Shown in pieces: positions 1-9,456 of a stretch of DNA of 64,000 nt. Position numbers and translations under genes: made by a program. Within the stretch, counting starts at the first letter, position 1. Every line of letters begins with the position of its first letter. This DNA comes from a virus. The stretch lies in UHGV virus genome UHGV-1359874; one strand, 5' to 3'. The notes beneath the pieces were generated by a model. That model made no database searches. It saw nothing but the letters and a program-made list of their open reading frames with translations, and was not told the DNA's origin.

Positions 1-300
1 ACCAGTCGTACTGAGGAATCTGCTTTTGGTGAGGCGGCTGTGACTACTTATGAGCGTAAGACTCGTGATTGGGTTGTTGATGGTGCAGCAAAGGTTCCCT
101 ATGAGTATGGTGAGGAAGATGTTTTGACTGCGGATGAGCTGATTAAGGCTACTCAGGACCGCGAGATTTATTGGGCCACGGTTCAAAAGAATCATGATGA
201 TTATATTGCTAGTAAGAATGCCCCCAAGACGACAGACAATACAGTAAACAATATGGCTAGCCCAACTGCTAAGGTGCAGGCTGGCGCATTTAAATTCTAA
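1..300 (+). CDS. hypothetical protein, C-terminal fragment (reading frame open to window edge)
   Basis: Frame 1 is open from nt 1 through the stop at 298-300, so the ORF-track Met at 40 is probably internal. No recognisable motifs. Confidence 0.35.
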   Translation, partial: TSRTEESAFGEAAVTTYERKTRDWVVDGAAKVPYEYGEEDVLTADELIKATQDREIYWATVQKNHDDYIASKNAPKTTDNTVNNMASPTAKVQAGAFKF

Positions 301-375
301 TATAAAAGGAGGGGCAATGCCCCTCCTACCTTCTATCAAAATAACACAAAATTTTAATAAAGGATGATATAAATT

Positions 376-639
376 ATGGCAGAAATTAATCTACTCGGTA
401 TTCAGCCGCATAAGGTTAGTCGTACACTGCGAGGATATTCGGTATTTCTGTATGGTGATCCGAAATCTGGCAAGACTACAATCGCAACCAAGTTTCCTAA
501 ACATCTTCTTATTGCATTCGAGAAAGGTTATAATGCGATTCCTGGTGCAATGGCTCAGCCTGTTAATAGCTGGGCTGAGTTTAGGAAAGTTCTCCGCCAG
601 TTAAAAGACCCCAAGGTTCACGAAGTTTATGAAACGGTT
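376..639 (+). CDS. Sak4-like / RecA-superfamily recombination ATPase, exon 1
   Basis: Walker A GDPKSGKTT near the N-terminus. The ORF stops (TAA 640-642) 88 codons in, before any Walker B. The rest of the protein is found downstream at 1737-1850 and 2938-3588. Confidence 0.65.
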
Positions 640-1736
640 TAACAATTAAATACGAAAGGCGCTTTTGATTAATGGAAGCATTAGATAAAGCTATTTATGA
701 TTATCACAATACTGATAAAACAATTACTACAATTCTAAAAGAAACTGGAATTAGTAAAGCTACTTTTTATAGACATTTAGACTATAAAGAAGAATTTAGA
801 GCAAAGAAGAAAGCTCGTACTTATACTTTTAATTTTGATAAATTTAAAATTGATTCTCACGAAAAGTATTATTGGTTAGGTTTCATTGGAGCTGATGGAG
901 CTGTTGTAAAAAATACATTAAGTATTGAGCTGAAAGAAACTGATAAAGCTCATCTTGAGAAATTTAATTTATTTTTTGAAAATACAAAGACTATTGAAGA
1001 AAGGATTAATAATAATGGATGTAAATGTGTAAAAACAAATATTAACTCTTTTCAATTAGTTGAGTATTTAAAACAATATAACATTTATCAAAATAAAAGT
1101 TTAACTTATACTATTCCAATAGATAAAATTCCTGAAATATATTTAATGGACTTTATTAGAGGGTTAATTGATGGAGATGGTTGTATTAGGATCAACAATC
1201 ATCAACAGATTTCTTTAGGATTTTGTAGTGGAAATGGATATTGTGTAGAACAGTTTAAAGAAATTTTAGGAATAACAAATAAAACCACTAAAGATAAATA
1301 TACTTATCATACCCAGGTAACAGGTAATATTAAAGCAAAAGCTATTCTTGACAAAATTTATTTAAACAGTTCTGATTCAACGAGATTAGATAGAAAATAT
1401 CGTATTTATAAGACCCTTAATTGAGTAATTAATTAAGCAAATCCAGAGAATTGCTGGAAACCCCTTAGAGCTTTCTAAACTACAACGTAAGTTAAAAGCT
1501 AAACGTGAATGTTCTAAAAATTAGAAAGATTGGGCAATCAGCAGCCGAGCTTCATTATTATAATGAAGAAGGTTCAACGACTATCCATTTTGCAGATGAA
1601 ATTTCTGCTTTAGGAGTAGGGCTTTATAAAAATAAAGTGGGTGAGAATCCCTTAAATCGAAGTACTGGACTCCACGAAAGTGGATGATGATATAGTCTAC
1701 TCCCTTTAAAATATCTCGAAAGAGAGGGTATTAAGG
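640..1736 (+). mobile_element. group I intron (family A) interrupting ATPase gene, with LAGLIDADG ORF
   Basis: It starts with TAA right after an exon-terminal U. The 3' terminal block gatagtctactccctttaaaatatctcgaaagagagggtattaagg is near-identical to the 3' end of the nrdD intron (19467-19511). The block aacgactatc is also shared. It ends in G before the exon 2 start attcttgat. Confidence 0.6.
672..1424 (+). CDS. LAGLIDADG homing endonuclease (double-motif), intron-encoded
   Basis: Two LAGLIDADG motifs: YWLGFIGADGAV and FIRGLIDGDGCI. 250 aa, lying entirely inside the ATPase interruption. Confidence 0.75.
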   Translation: MEALDKAIYDYHNTDKTITTILKETGISKATFYRHLDYKEEFRAKKKARTYTFNFDKFKIDSHEKYYWLGFIGADGAVVKNTLSIELKETDKAHLEKFNLFFENTKTIEERINNNGCKCVKTNINSFQLVEYLKQYNIYQNKSLTYTIPIDKIPEIYLMDFIRGLIDGDGCIRINNHQQISLGFCSGNGYCVEQFKEILGITNKTTKDKYTYHTQVTGNIKAKAILDKIYLNSSDSTRLDRKYRIYKTLN

Positions 1737-1850
1737 ATTCTTGATACGGCTGATATTGCGTACTCATACTGTGAGAAGTACGTCTGTGCAAATGTTAAGC
1801 GCGCTGATGGCGGTGTTGGCGTTGACTCTGTTGCGGACATCCCCTACGGT
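1737..1850 (+). CDS. recombination ATPase, exon 2 (38 codons, no own start codon)
   Basis: The open frame encodes ILDTADIAYSYCEKYVCANVKRADGGVGVDSVADIPYG, a Walker-B-like hhhhD segment typical of Sak4/RecA-like ATPases. The 3' splice position comes from homology with the nrdD intron end. The 5' end of the next intron follows ggt|aaat, as in the dut intron. Confidence 0.5.
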
Positions 1851-2937
1851 AAATCTCTTGCCGCATAAAAATAGTGATATTTTATGAAAATTGTAGTAAA
1901 AACTGGAACCCTGTGATGGGAATCAGAGCGGAAGTTATGTTTTAAAAGATATAACACGCGCAACGCATAGGAAAAATAAACATTAAAGGGAGGATTGTCC
2001 TAGTATGGGAAAATCAATTATTCTAACGAAAGAGCAAGAAGAAAAAATAATTTACAATTATACCATTTTAAAATATGGTCAAAAAAGAGCTGGTGCTTTT
2101 ATTCCAGTAAGTGATTGTGTTGTAAAAAAAGTTTTAATGAAATATAATATACCTATTAAAACAATTCAAGAAACAAATGTAAACAAATATTTTATAAATC
2201 ACAATTATTTTAAAACACAGTCAGCAGATATGGCTTACTGGATAGGCATTTTAGGTTCAGATGGTTCAGTAAATAAAAATGAAAATGAAATTTATATTGA
2301 ACTTCAAAGACAGGATAGAGAACTTCTAGAAAAGCTTAATAAAAGTATTGAAAACCAAAGACCAGTAAAAGACTATGAAACAGCAAGAGGTTATGAAAAT
2401 AGTAAGATCTATTTTTATTCAAAAGAAATTAAAAAAGATTTAAAAGAGTTTAAAATAATACCGAACAAAACCTATGATAAGAATTATGGCTTTCCTTTTA
2501 AATTAAAAAAAGAATATTATCAAGATTATTTAAGAGGACTGTTTGATGGAGATGGAAGTATAAAAAAAGGAAGCTCTTTAACTTGGCAAGTTGATTCTGG
2601 GTCATTGGAAATTGTCTTAGAATTGCAAAAATTTCTTAAAGAAAAAGGTATTGAAATTGAATATACTATTTGTCCTAAAAAAAATGTTGATATTTATAGA
2701 CTTTATTGTTACGGAAAAGAAAAAATAAGCAAAATTTATAATTTATTATATACAACAGATTCTACTTTGTTTTTGGAAAGAAAGAAAAATAAATTTATAG
2801 AATATTTAAACCTTTAATGATATAGTTTCCCAAGAGACTACAATATCTCAAGTATTGAGATAAAAAGATATGCTGAACTTACATGAAAAAAGAAGTGTAA
2901 GAACTAAAGGATAAAAAACTTTTAGGATAACAAATTG
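1851..2937 (+). mobile_element. group I intron (family B) interrupting ATPase gene, with LAGLIDADG ORF
   Basis: It starts aaat after exon-terminal ggt, exactly as the dut intron does. The 3' block aaaagatatgctgaactta...aagaagtgtaagaactaaaggataaaaa...ggataacaaattg is shared with the dut intron 3' end (23001-23076). It ends in G. Confidence 0.6.
2005..2817 (+). CDS. LAGLIDADG homing endonuclease (double-motif), intron-encoded
   Basis: Motifs AYWIGILGSDGSV and YLRGLFDGDGSI. There is a GGAGG RBS (aaagggagg) upstream. 270 aa. Confidence 0.75.
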   Translation: MGKSIILTKEQEEKIIYNYTILKYGQKRAGAFIPVSDCVVKKVLMKYNIPIKTIQETNVNKYFINHNYFKTQSADMAYWIGILGSDGSVNKNENEIYIELQRQDRELLEKLNKSIENQRPVKDYETARGYENSKIYFYSKEIKKDLKEFKIIPNKTYDKNYGFPFKLKKEYYQDYLRGLFDGDGSIKKGSSLTWQVDSGSLEIVLELQKFLKEKGIEIEYTICPKKNVDIYRLYCYGKEKISKIYNLLYTTDSTLFLERKKNKFIEYLNL

Positions 2938-3588
2938 AAGGGGTACGCAATGGTTGAGCAGGAGTTTGATGAAGCCCTTCGTTCTATTGTTCAGATGGAT
3001 TATGGTCTGGTTATTATTTCTCATGCCACGGATAAAACTTTTAAGGATGAAAATGGTCAAGAGTATCAGCAGATTGTACCAACTCTTGATAAGCGTGCTC
3101 GTAAAGTTGTTAGTCGCATGACTGATATTATTGGTTATTCTCGTGCAGTAACTGATGCTGATGGTCAGCTTGTTACCAAGTTGTTCATGCGCGGTACTCC
3201 TAGATATATGGCTGGGTCCCGATTCAAGTACACGCCTGACTATATTGATTTCAATTATGAAGCCCTAACACAGGCAATCAATGAGGCCATTGATAAGCAG
3301 GCGGCTGAGGATGGAAATGAGAACTTTACCAATGAAGCTTCTAATCTATATAAACAGACTAATAATGAATTGAATTTTGATGATTTGATTCTTCAGTTTA
3401 ATGAAATGGTAAATCATTTGATCGAGTCTAATGAGGAAGATAAGTTCCTAGACTATTATCAGCCTCGGATTACAGAAATCACAGATCGGTATCTGGGTAA
3501 AGGAAATAAGGTATCTCAGTGTTCTCGTGAACAGGTTGAAGCTCTATCTCTGATTGTGGATGACCTTAAAGAGTTATGTAAGGACTAA
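2938..3588 (+). CDS. recombination ATPase, exon 3 (C-terminal 216 aa)
   Basis: Joining gives ...DIPYG|KGYAMVEQEFDEALRSIVQMDYGLVIISHATDK..., a continuous RecA-like core. The ORF track could only start it at a TTG at 2935. There is no RBS, which is consistent with an internal exon. Confidence 0.6.
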   Translation, partial: KGYAMVEQEFDEALRSIVQMDYGLVIISHATDKTFKDENGQEYQQIVPTLDKRARKVVSRMTDIIGYSRAVTDADGQLVTKLFMRGTPRYMAGSRFKYTPDYIDFNYEALTQAINEAIDKQAAEDGNENFTNEASNLYKQTNNELNFDDLILQFNEMVNHLIESNEEDKFLDYYQPRITEITDRYLGKGNKVSQCSREQVEALSLIVDDLKELCKD

Positions 3589-3600
3589 TTTAATAGATTA

Positions 3601-3641
3601 AAAGCAACTAATGTGATAAAAAGCATTAGTTGCTTTTTTTG
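3601..3641 (+). terminator. rho-independent terminator
   Basis: Hairpin aagcaactaatg / cattagttgctt followed by TTTTT. Confidence 0.6.
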
Positions 3642-3658
3642 CTTATTTATGATATAAT
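3630..3658 (+). promoter_or_regulatory. sigma-A-type promoter with extended -10 (TTGCTT-17-TGaTATAAT)
   Basis: The motif TTATGATATAATAT recurs at 20449-20463. The -35 box lies within the terminator's 3' stem. Confidence 0.5.
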
Positions 3659-3690
3659 ATATTAGAAATATAATAAAAGGATGTATATTT

Positions 3691-4206
3691 ATGGTTGCTC
3701 ATATGGTAACTTGCAGATATTGCAAAACTAAATTTGACATAAATAAAGAAGAATTTGTTCAGCCAGTTCCCAGATACTATTATCATAAACTTTGCTATGA
3801 GAAGAAAATGAGTGGAGAAGAGCAAAAATTAGTTAATGAAGAAGATACTTTTTTTCAAATTTTAAAAAAGTATATTCCTGACTATAACTATATTCAATCT
3901 AAAAAACTTGCTGACAGTTATATTAAAAAATATAATTTTAGTTGGATAGGTATGGCTTTTACTTTGGAATATTATTATGGTATTTGTGGCAATAGTACAA
4001 AAGGGGCTAAAGATACTATCGGTATTATTCCTTATGTTTACGAGCAAGCAAAAAAATATAATGATAAAGTAATTAAATACAGCAAAGAACCAGTTGAACA
4101 AAATATTAAATTTAATGAAACTGTTAAAGAATATACAATAGAATCTCCAACAGTGATAAATCCATTGCCGCATTTATTCTTTGAAGATGACGAGGGGGAT
4201 AATTAA
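3691..4206 (+). CDS. hypothetical Cys-containing (possible Zn-ribbon) protein
   Basis: N-terminal CRYC...HKLC. RBS aaagga. 171 aa. Confidence 0.45.
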   Translation: MVAHMVTCRYCKTKFDINKEEFVQPVPRYYYHKLCYEKKMSGEEQKLVNEEDTFFQILKKYIPDYNYIQSKKLADSYIKKYNFSWIGMAFTLEYYYGICGNSTKGAKDTIGIIPYVYEQAKKYNDKVIKYSKEPVEQNIKFNETVKEYTIESPTVINPLPHLFFEDDEGDN

Positions 4207-5748
4207 TTGGGTAAGTATTATGATATTCCAAGTGTTATGCAAGTAATTGGTGGAGTTTATCTAAATCCTCGTTTCATGGATATGACTGAAAAATATACCT
4301 TTAATGAAGAAGATTTTAGCGGTGAGGAATTTCATCGAGTACTTTTTGGCGCGATATATAATCTTCATCAACTCGGTGCAGTAGAAATTACTCCAACTAC
4401 AATCGAAACTTATCTAGAACAGCGCCCTAAAAAGCTTGCTGTGTATCAAACTAATAAGGGTACTGAATATCTTCAAAAGCTAATTGAAAATACGCAAGTT
4501 GCTGCATTTGATTATTATTATAACCGCGTCAAAAAGATGACTTTACTGAGAATGTATTCTTCTATTGGTATGGATGTTTCTTGGTTGTATGATACAGATA
4601 ATATTCTAGATGTTAAAAAGAAGCAAGCTCAAGAGGAATGGCTAGATAATCACACTCCTGATGAAATTGCAGATACTATTGATAATAAAATTACCAATAT
4701 TCGTCTAAAATATGTAGATAATACAGATGATGAATTTATTCAGGCTGGTAAAGGTATTAATGAACTTCTTGAACGATTGGAGCAACATCCAGAATTAGGC
4801 TACCCCCTTTTCGATCCTTATATGAATACTGTTACACGAGGAGCTAGACTGAAAAAGTTTTATTTAAGGTCCGCCGCAACGGGTGTAGGCAAGAGTCGTT
4901 CTATGATTGCAGATACTTGTTTTATTGGGTGTGATCAGATTTGGGATGAGTACGAGAATAAATGGGTAAACAATGGAACTTGCGAGCCTGTTCTTTTTAT
5001 CACTACTGAGCAAGAGGAAGATGAGATTCAGACTATGATGCTAGCTTTTCTTTCTGCAGTTGATGAAGAACATATTCTTACTGGTAGCTATGATGAAGGT
5101 GAAAAAGAACGTGTATTAAAAGCGGCGCGGCTGCTGGAACGTAGTGAAATTCATATCAAAAAATTGCCAGACTTTTCTCTACAAGATGTAGAAAACTGCA
5201 TCAAGTATGGAATCCGTGAATGGGGTGCAAGATATGCGTTTTTTGACTATATGCACTCATCCATGAAAATTTTAAGTGAAGTTGGTAGTCGATCAGGCGT
5301 CAAGGGTTTGCGTGAAGATAACGTACTTTTTCTTATGAGTGTTAAACTCAAAGATATTTGCAATGAGTATGGAGTCTTTATCATGTCTGCTACTCAGTTA
5401 AATGCAGGATACACTGATGCGGAGGTTTACGACCAGAACCTCCTTAGAGGTGCAAAATCGATCGCGGACAAAATTGATGCAGGTTTCATTATGTTGCAGG
5501 TAAATGACGTTGACCGAGCTGCATTAAAAGAGACTTGTGAAAAGAACGGTTTTGAAATGCCTGATGTAAAAATTTCTGTATATAAGAATCGTAGAGGTAG
5601 ATATAAAGATATTTTGATGTGGGCAAAAGCAAAACGCGGAATCTGTCGAATTGAAACAATGTTTGTAACTGATTATCATTATCAGTTAATTGATATTGAA
5701 AAGACTAAAATTAATGTAACTTCTCGTATTACAGCTAGTGCATTTTAA
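4207..5748 (+). CDS. DnaB-like replicative DNA helicase
   Basis: DnaB-type N-terminal domain and a RecA-fold C-terminal domain with Walker A AATGVGKS. TTG start behind a gagggggat RBS. Confidence 0.75.
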   Translation: MGKYYDIPSVMQVIGGVYLNPRFMDMTEKYTFNEEDFSGEEFHRVLFGAIYNLHQLGAVEITPTTIETYLEQRPKKLAVYQTNKGTEYLQKLIENTQVAAFDYYYNRVKKMTLLRMYSSIGMDVSWLYDTDNILDVKKKQAQEEWLDNHTPDEIADTIDNKITNIRLKYVDNTDDEFIQAGKGINELLERLEQHPELGYPLFDPYMNTVTRGARLKKFYLRSAATGVGKSRSMIADTCFIGCDQIWDEYENKWVNNGTCEPVLFITTEQEEDEIQTMMLAFLSAVDEEHILTGSYDEGEKERVLKAARLLERSEIHIKKLPDFSLQDVENCIKYGIREWGARYAFFDYMHSSMKILSEVGSRSGVKGLREDNVLFLMSVKLKDICNEYGVFIMSATQLNAGYTDAEVYDQNLLRGAKSIADKIDAGFIMLQVNDVDRAALKETCEKNGFEMPDVKISVYKNRRGRYKDILMWAKAKRGICRIETMFVTDYHYQLIDIEKTKINVTSRITASAF

Positions 5749-5750
5749 TT

Positions 5751-6845
5751 ATGAAAATTAATAAAGATGATTTAAAATTCAGTTTAACTCTTGAACAAGT
5801 TCTTGATTATGTAAATGAATTAGGCGGCGAAGGCAAGATTATTAATGATAATATTGCTATTTTTAGAACTATCTGTCATGGCGGTGATAGTCATAAACTC
5901 TATTATTACCTTAATACTCATTTATTTAAATGTTATACTGGATGTGAAAATGATACCTTTGATATTTATGAGCTTACAATGAAGGTAAAATCCCATGAAG
6001 CCGCGACTGAATGGGAATTACCTAGAGCTATATTTTATGTAGCTAGTTATTTTGGATATTCAACAGCAACTTTTGATTTTGATGAAGAAGTTGAAGCTTT
6101 ACCTGATTGGCAAATCTTTAAAACTTATGAACAATCAAATCAAAAGAAAGACAAACAAATTGTTGAGCTTAATTATTTTGATGCGGCGGTGCTCGATAAT
6201 CTTCCTTTTATCCGAATCCCTGAGTGGGAAAGAGAGGGGATCTCTCCAGATATAATGCTAGCCCGCGGCATTAAATATGACCCAATTAATCAAGGAATTG
6301 TAATCCCGCATTATGATGAAAATAATAGATTAGTAGGAATTAGAGAACGAACTTTAATAAAAGAAAATGAGAAATATGGAAAGTATGTTCCCGCAATTAT
6401 TGCAGGTAAACAATATAATCATCCACTTTCTTTTGTCTTATATAATTTAAATAATAGCCGCAATAATATTAAACTTATTAAGAAAGCTATTGTATTTGAA
6501 TCGGAAAAAGCAACCCTCCAATACGCTTCGATGTTTGGAGCTGAAAATGATATTAGTGTTGCAGTTTGCGGCAGTTCTTTAATTAATTATCAAGTTCAGT
6601 TACTTTTGAATCTTGGTGTTGAAGAAATTATTGTTGGTTTTGATAAACAGTTTAAAGAACCAAATGATGATGAATTTAAACGCTGGGTTAAGAAACTTAC
6701 TAATATTCACAAGAAATATTCACAATATGTAACTATAAGTTTTCTATTTGATAAAAATGGAGATTTACTTGATTATAAAGATTCTCCAACTGATAAAGGT
6801 AAGGATATATTTTTAAAACTGTTTGAAAGGAGAATTTACTTATGA
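5751..6845 (+). CDS. DNA primase (DnaG-like: CHC2 zinc finger + Toprim)
   Basis: CHGGDSHKLYYYLNTHLFKCYTGC zinc-binding motif. A downstream acidic Toprim-like segment (IVFESEKAT...EEIIVGFDKQ). Its start overlaps the helicase stop. Confidence 0.65.
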   Translation: MKINKDDLKFSLTLEQVLDYVNELGGEGKIINDNIAIFRTICHGGDSHKLYYYLNTHLFKCYTGCENDTFDIYELTMKVKSHEAATEWELPRAIFYVASYFGYSTATFDFDEEVEALPDWQIFKTYEQSNQKKDKQIVELNYFDAAVLDNLPFIRIPEWEREGISPDIMLARGIKYDPINQGIVIPHYDENNRLVGIRERTLIKENEKYGKYVPAIIAGKQYNHPLSFVLYNLNNSRNNIKLIKKAIVFESEKATLQYASMFGAENDISVAVCGSSLINYQVQLLLNLGVEEIIVGFDKQFKEPNDDEFKRWVKKLTNIHKKYSQYVTISFLFDKNGDLLDYKDSPTDKGKDIFLKLFERRIYL

Positions 6846-7081
6846 CAATTACTCGTATAGATAAAAAGAATCTTCCACTAGATGAAATTAGATTTAATAT
6901 ACCAAAATATCTGTCTAAAGAAATGATGTGCGGTTCATATCTCCTAAATGACACATATCATGACTGGAATACTTACAATACTATGGAGATATACTTTACA
7001 GATTGTGATGAATTCGCAGGATTTGTAGATCATATAAATAGACTTTATAAATCTTTGCTTAGACAATTAGATAAAGAATGA
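6842..7081 (+). CDS. hypothetical protein
   Basis: ATGA start/stop overlap with the primase gene. 79 aa. Confidence 0.4.
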   Translation: MTITRIDKKNLPLDEIRFNIPKYLSKEMMCGSYLLNDTYHDWNTYNTMEIYFTDCDEFAGFVDHINRLYKSLLRQLDKE

Positions 7082-8856
7082 GACTACAATTAATAAATAA
7101 ACCAGATCCTTCTTTTACAACAGTTGAACAAATCTTATACAACAGAGGAATTTCACAAGGTTTAATGAAACATTATTTAAATCTTAGTGAAGATGACATA
7201 TGTGATTTTCTAAGTTTAGGAATTAATCCTTTGCGGGAAGCAGCAACAGCACTTGTTACCGCAGTAAAGAATTTAGAAGACTGCGTTATCATTGTAGATT
7301 CGGATTGCGATGGAATGACTTCAGGAGCTCTCCTTATCAATTATTTATACGAGCTATTTCCATCTTGGACCACCGCACATATTCACTGGTTAATGCACAA
7401 TGGAAAACAGCATGGATTGAACGATCATATGACCACTCTCCGCAATAGTAATTATAAACTAGTCATATGCCCAGATTCTGCAAGTAATGATTATGATTGT
7501 CATTCAGAATTAAAACAGTTAGGTATTACCACTCTTGTTTTAGATCATCACTTAGCTGATAAAATTAGCGAAGATGCAATTATTATAAATAATCAATTAA
7601 GTAATTATCCTAATAAAGAAGCAAGTGGTGTTTGTGTAACTTGGCAATTTTGTCGATATTTAGATAGTTTACTTTCTACTGATTATGCAGATAATTATCG
7701 AGATTTAGTTGCTCTTGGTCTAGATGCAGATATGATGAGTCTTCGATCTTTTGAAACACGATACCTGATTTTTGACGGTTTTAAACGAAGCCGCATCAAA
7801 AATCCATTTATTGATTATATGCTTGACAAAAATGATTTTCCTTTATCTAAATCAGATTATGTAAGTTCAAAAGAAGGTCAAGCTTGCACAAGTATTGGAG
7901 CCGCTTTCTTTATAGTTCCTTTTGTTAATGCAGTTACTCGTATTGGAACTGCTGAAGAAAAAGAATTAATTTTTGAATCAATGCTTAGTCATTTGGCGTT
8001 TCAAAAAATACCTGAAATTAAGCGAAATAAGCTTACAGGTAAAGAAGAATATTTAGTTTTACAAGCTGTCAGAGTTATCGGAAATGTTAAAAATCGACAA
8101 ACCCGAGAAGAAACAAAGGGTTTAGAAAATTTAGAATCTAAAATTCAAGAGTATAATATGCTTGAACATGGTGCATTAGTTTTCTTACTTGAACCAGGTG
8201 AAGTTGATGCTGGTGTTCGCGGTTTAATTGCAAATAAGCTAATGGCTAAATATCAAAAGCCCTGTATCATTATGACAGATGGCGGCGATACATATGATGG
8301 TTCAATGCGTGGTTATACCAAAAATGGATTAGATGATTTCAAGGCTTTACTTGAGAAATGTCCTGGTGTGAGGTACGTCCAAGGACATAGCAATGCCGCG
8401 GGTATTTCTGTATATAAGGCTCAGCTAGATGATTTTTTAACGGCCCTTGATAATAAAACCGCTGAATATCCTTCAAATCCACTTTATCGAATTGATTATT
8501 ACTTTAAAGAAGGAATTAATCTTAATTCTGCACCAAATAAAATTCTCAACATTGCCGCAATGAATGATTTCTGGGGTCAGGATATAGACCGTGCATATGT
8601 GGGAATTAGATGTAAGATTACTTCAAATAATTTAACAGTTATGAAATCTAACACTTTAAAAATTTCATTAAATAATAATCTTTCTTTAATTAAGTTTAAT
8701 GCAACAGATGATGAAATTGAGCAACTATCTACTCAAGGATGGATTGAGATTGATGCCTATTGTAAATGTAATTGTAATGAATGGAATGGAAATAGTTACC
8801 CGCAATTAATTATCAAGGATTATGAAATTATAGATAGTTGCAAATATATGTTTTGA
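7078..8856 (+). CDS. DHH-family phosphoesterase (RecJ-like ssDNA exonuclease)
   Basis: DHH motifs IVDSDCDGMTSGA and VLDHHL. A DHHA1-like GHSNAAG motif near the C-terminus. Confidence 0.65.
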   Translation: MRLQLINKPDPSFTTVEQILYNRGISQGLMKHYLNLSEDDICDFLSLGINPLREAATALVTAVKNLEDCVIIVDSDCDGMTSGALLINYLYELFPSWTTAHIHWLMHNGKQHGLNDHMTTLRNSNYKLVICPDSASNDYDCHSELKQLGITTLVLDHHLADKISEDAIIINNQLSNYPNKEASGVCVTWQFCRYLDSLLSTDYADNYRDLVALGLDADMMSLRSFETRYLIFDGFKRSRIKNPFIDYMLDKNDFPLSKSDYVSSKEGQACTSIGAAFFIVPFVNAVTRIGTAEEKELIFESMLSHLAFQKIPEIKRNKLTGKEEYLVLQAVRVIGNVKNRQTREETKGLENLESKIQEYNMLEHGALVFLLEPGEVDAGVRGLIANKLMAKYQKPCIIMTDGGDTYDGSMRGYTKNGLDDFKALLEKCPGVRYVQGHSNAAGISVYKAQLDDFLTALDNKTAEYPSNPLYRIDYYFKEGINLNSAPNKILNIAAMNDFWGQDIDRAYVGIRCKITSNNLTVMKSNTLKISLNNNLSLIKFNATDDEIEQLSTQGWIEIDAYCKCNCNEWNGNSYPQLIIKDYEIIDSCKYMF

Positions 8857-8898
8857 TAGCTAACTCCTTGGGCGGCTAACCATAGAGATTTTAAATTG

Positions 8899-8950
8899 AA
8901 AGTCAATTTAGTAATTTTTCGAGTAAAAATGCTAAATTGACTTCTTTTTT
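8899..8950 (+). terminator. rho-independent terminator
   Basis: Stem aagtcaatttag / ctaaattgactt, then TTTTTT. Confidence 0.6.
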
Positions 8951-8965
8951 AAAAAATGGTATAAT
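8937..8965 (+). promoter_or_regulatory. promoter TTGACT-17-TGgTATAAT
   Basis: Near-consensus -35 inside the terminator stem, with an extended -10. Confidence 0.55.
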
Positions 8966-8990
8966 AAAATAGAATAGAAAAGGAGGATAT

Positions 8991-9293
8991 ATGTATATGA
9001 CAGATAAAATTAAAGAAATGTATAATCAGCTAAATACTGTTGTATTAAATAAAGATGATTTAAATAATTTGATTAGTGAAAGAAACGATTGGGGTTATGA
9101 TGCACTTTGTCTTCGTTACCAAGAATTAATTAATGAAATTGTTTATTTGAAAACATTTAGCAAAGAAGCAAAAGAAAAAGGTCACTATGGAGATTATGAA
9201 TATTATAAGCAGTCCTATAGTATGCGAGCAGTTCGTTTTTATCAAGAACTAGATCGTTTTGTTGGTGGATTACATAATGATAAGATGTTATAA
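8991..9293 (+). CDS. hypothetical protein
   Basis: aaaggagg RBS. 100 aa. Confidence 0.45.
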   Translation: MYMTDKIKEMYNQLNTVVLNKDDLNNLISERNDWGYDALCLRYQELINEIVYLKTFSKEAKEKGHYGDYEYYKQSYSMRAVRFYQELDRFVGGLHNDKML

Positions 9294-9456
9294 ACTTAAT
9301 CCTCACGATGTTTTTACAATTTGGTGGACAGATGAAAAATACCTTATTGGATACTAATCGTAATTCATAAAACATTTTATAAAAGAATTTGGTATAAACC
9401 TAAAACTTGGTTTCAAAAATGTTATAAAGTAGAGTATATTGGAGAGAAAAAATACA

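Noticed and set aside
1505-1687. 60-aa ORF in the ORF track
   Set aside because: It lies wholly inside the 3' core of ATPase intron 1, overlapping the conserved aacgactatc and terminal blocks. It has no RBS. It is most likely non-coding ribozyme sequence.
2848-3060. 70-aa minus-strand ORF
   Set aside because: It is antisense to the intron 2 / exon 3 junction. It has Ile/Leu/Phe-rich AT-codon composition typical of spurious antisense frames.
6052-6255. 67-aa ORF inside the primase gene
   Set aside because: It is an alternate frame of a well-supported CDS.
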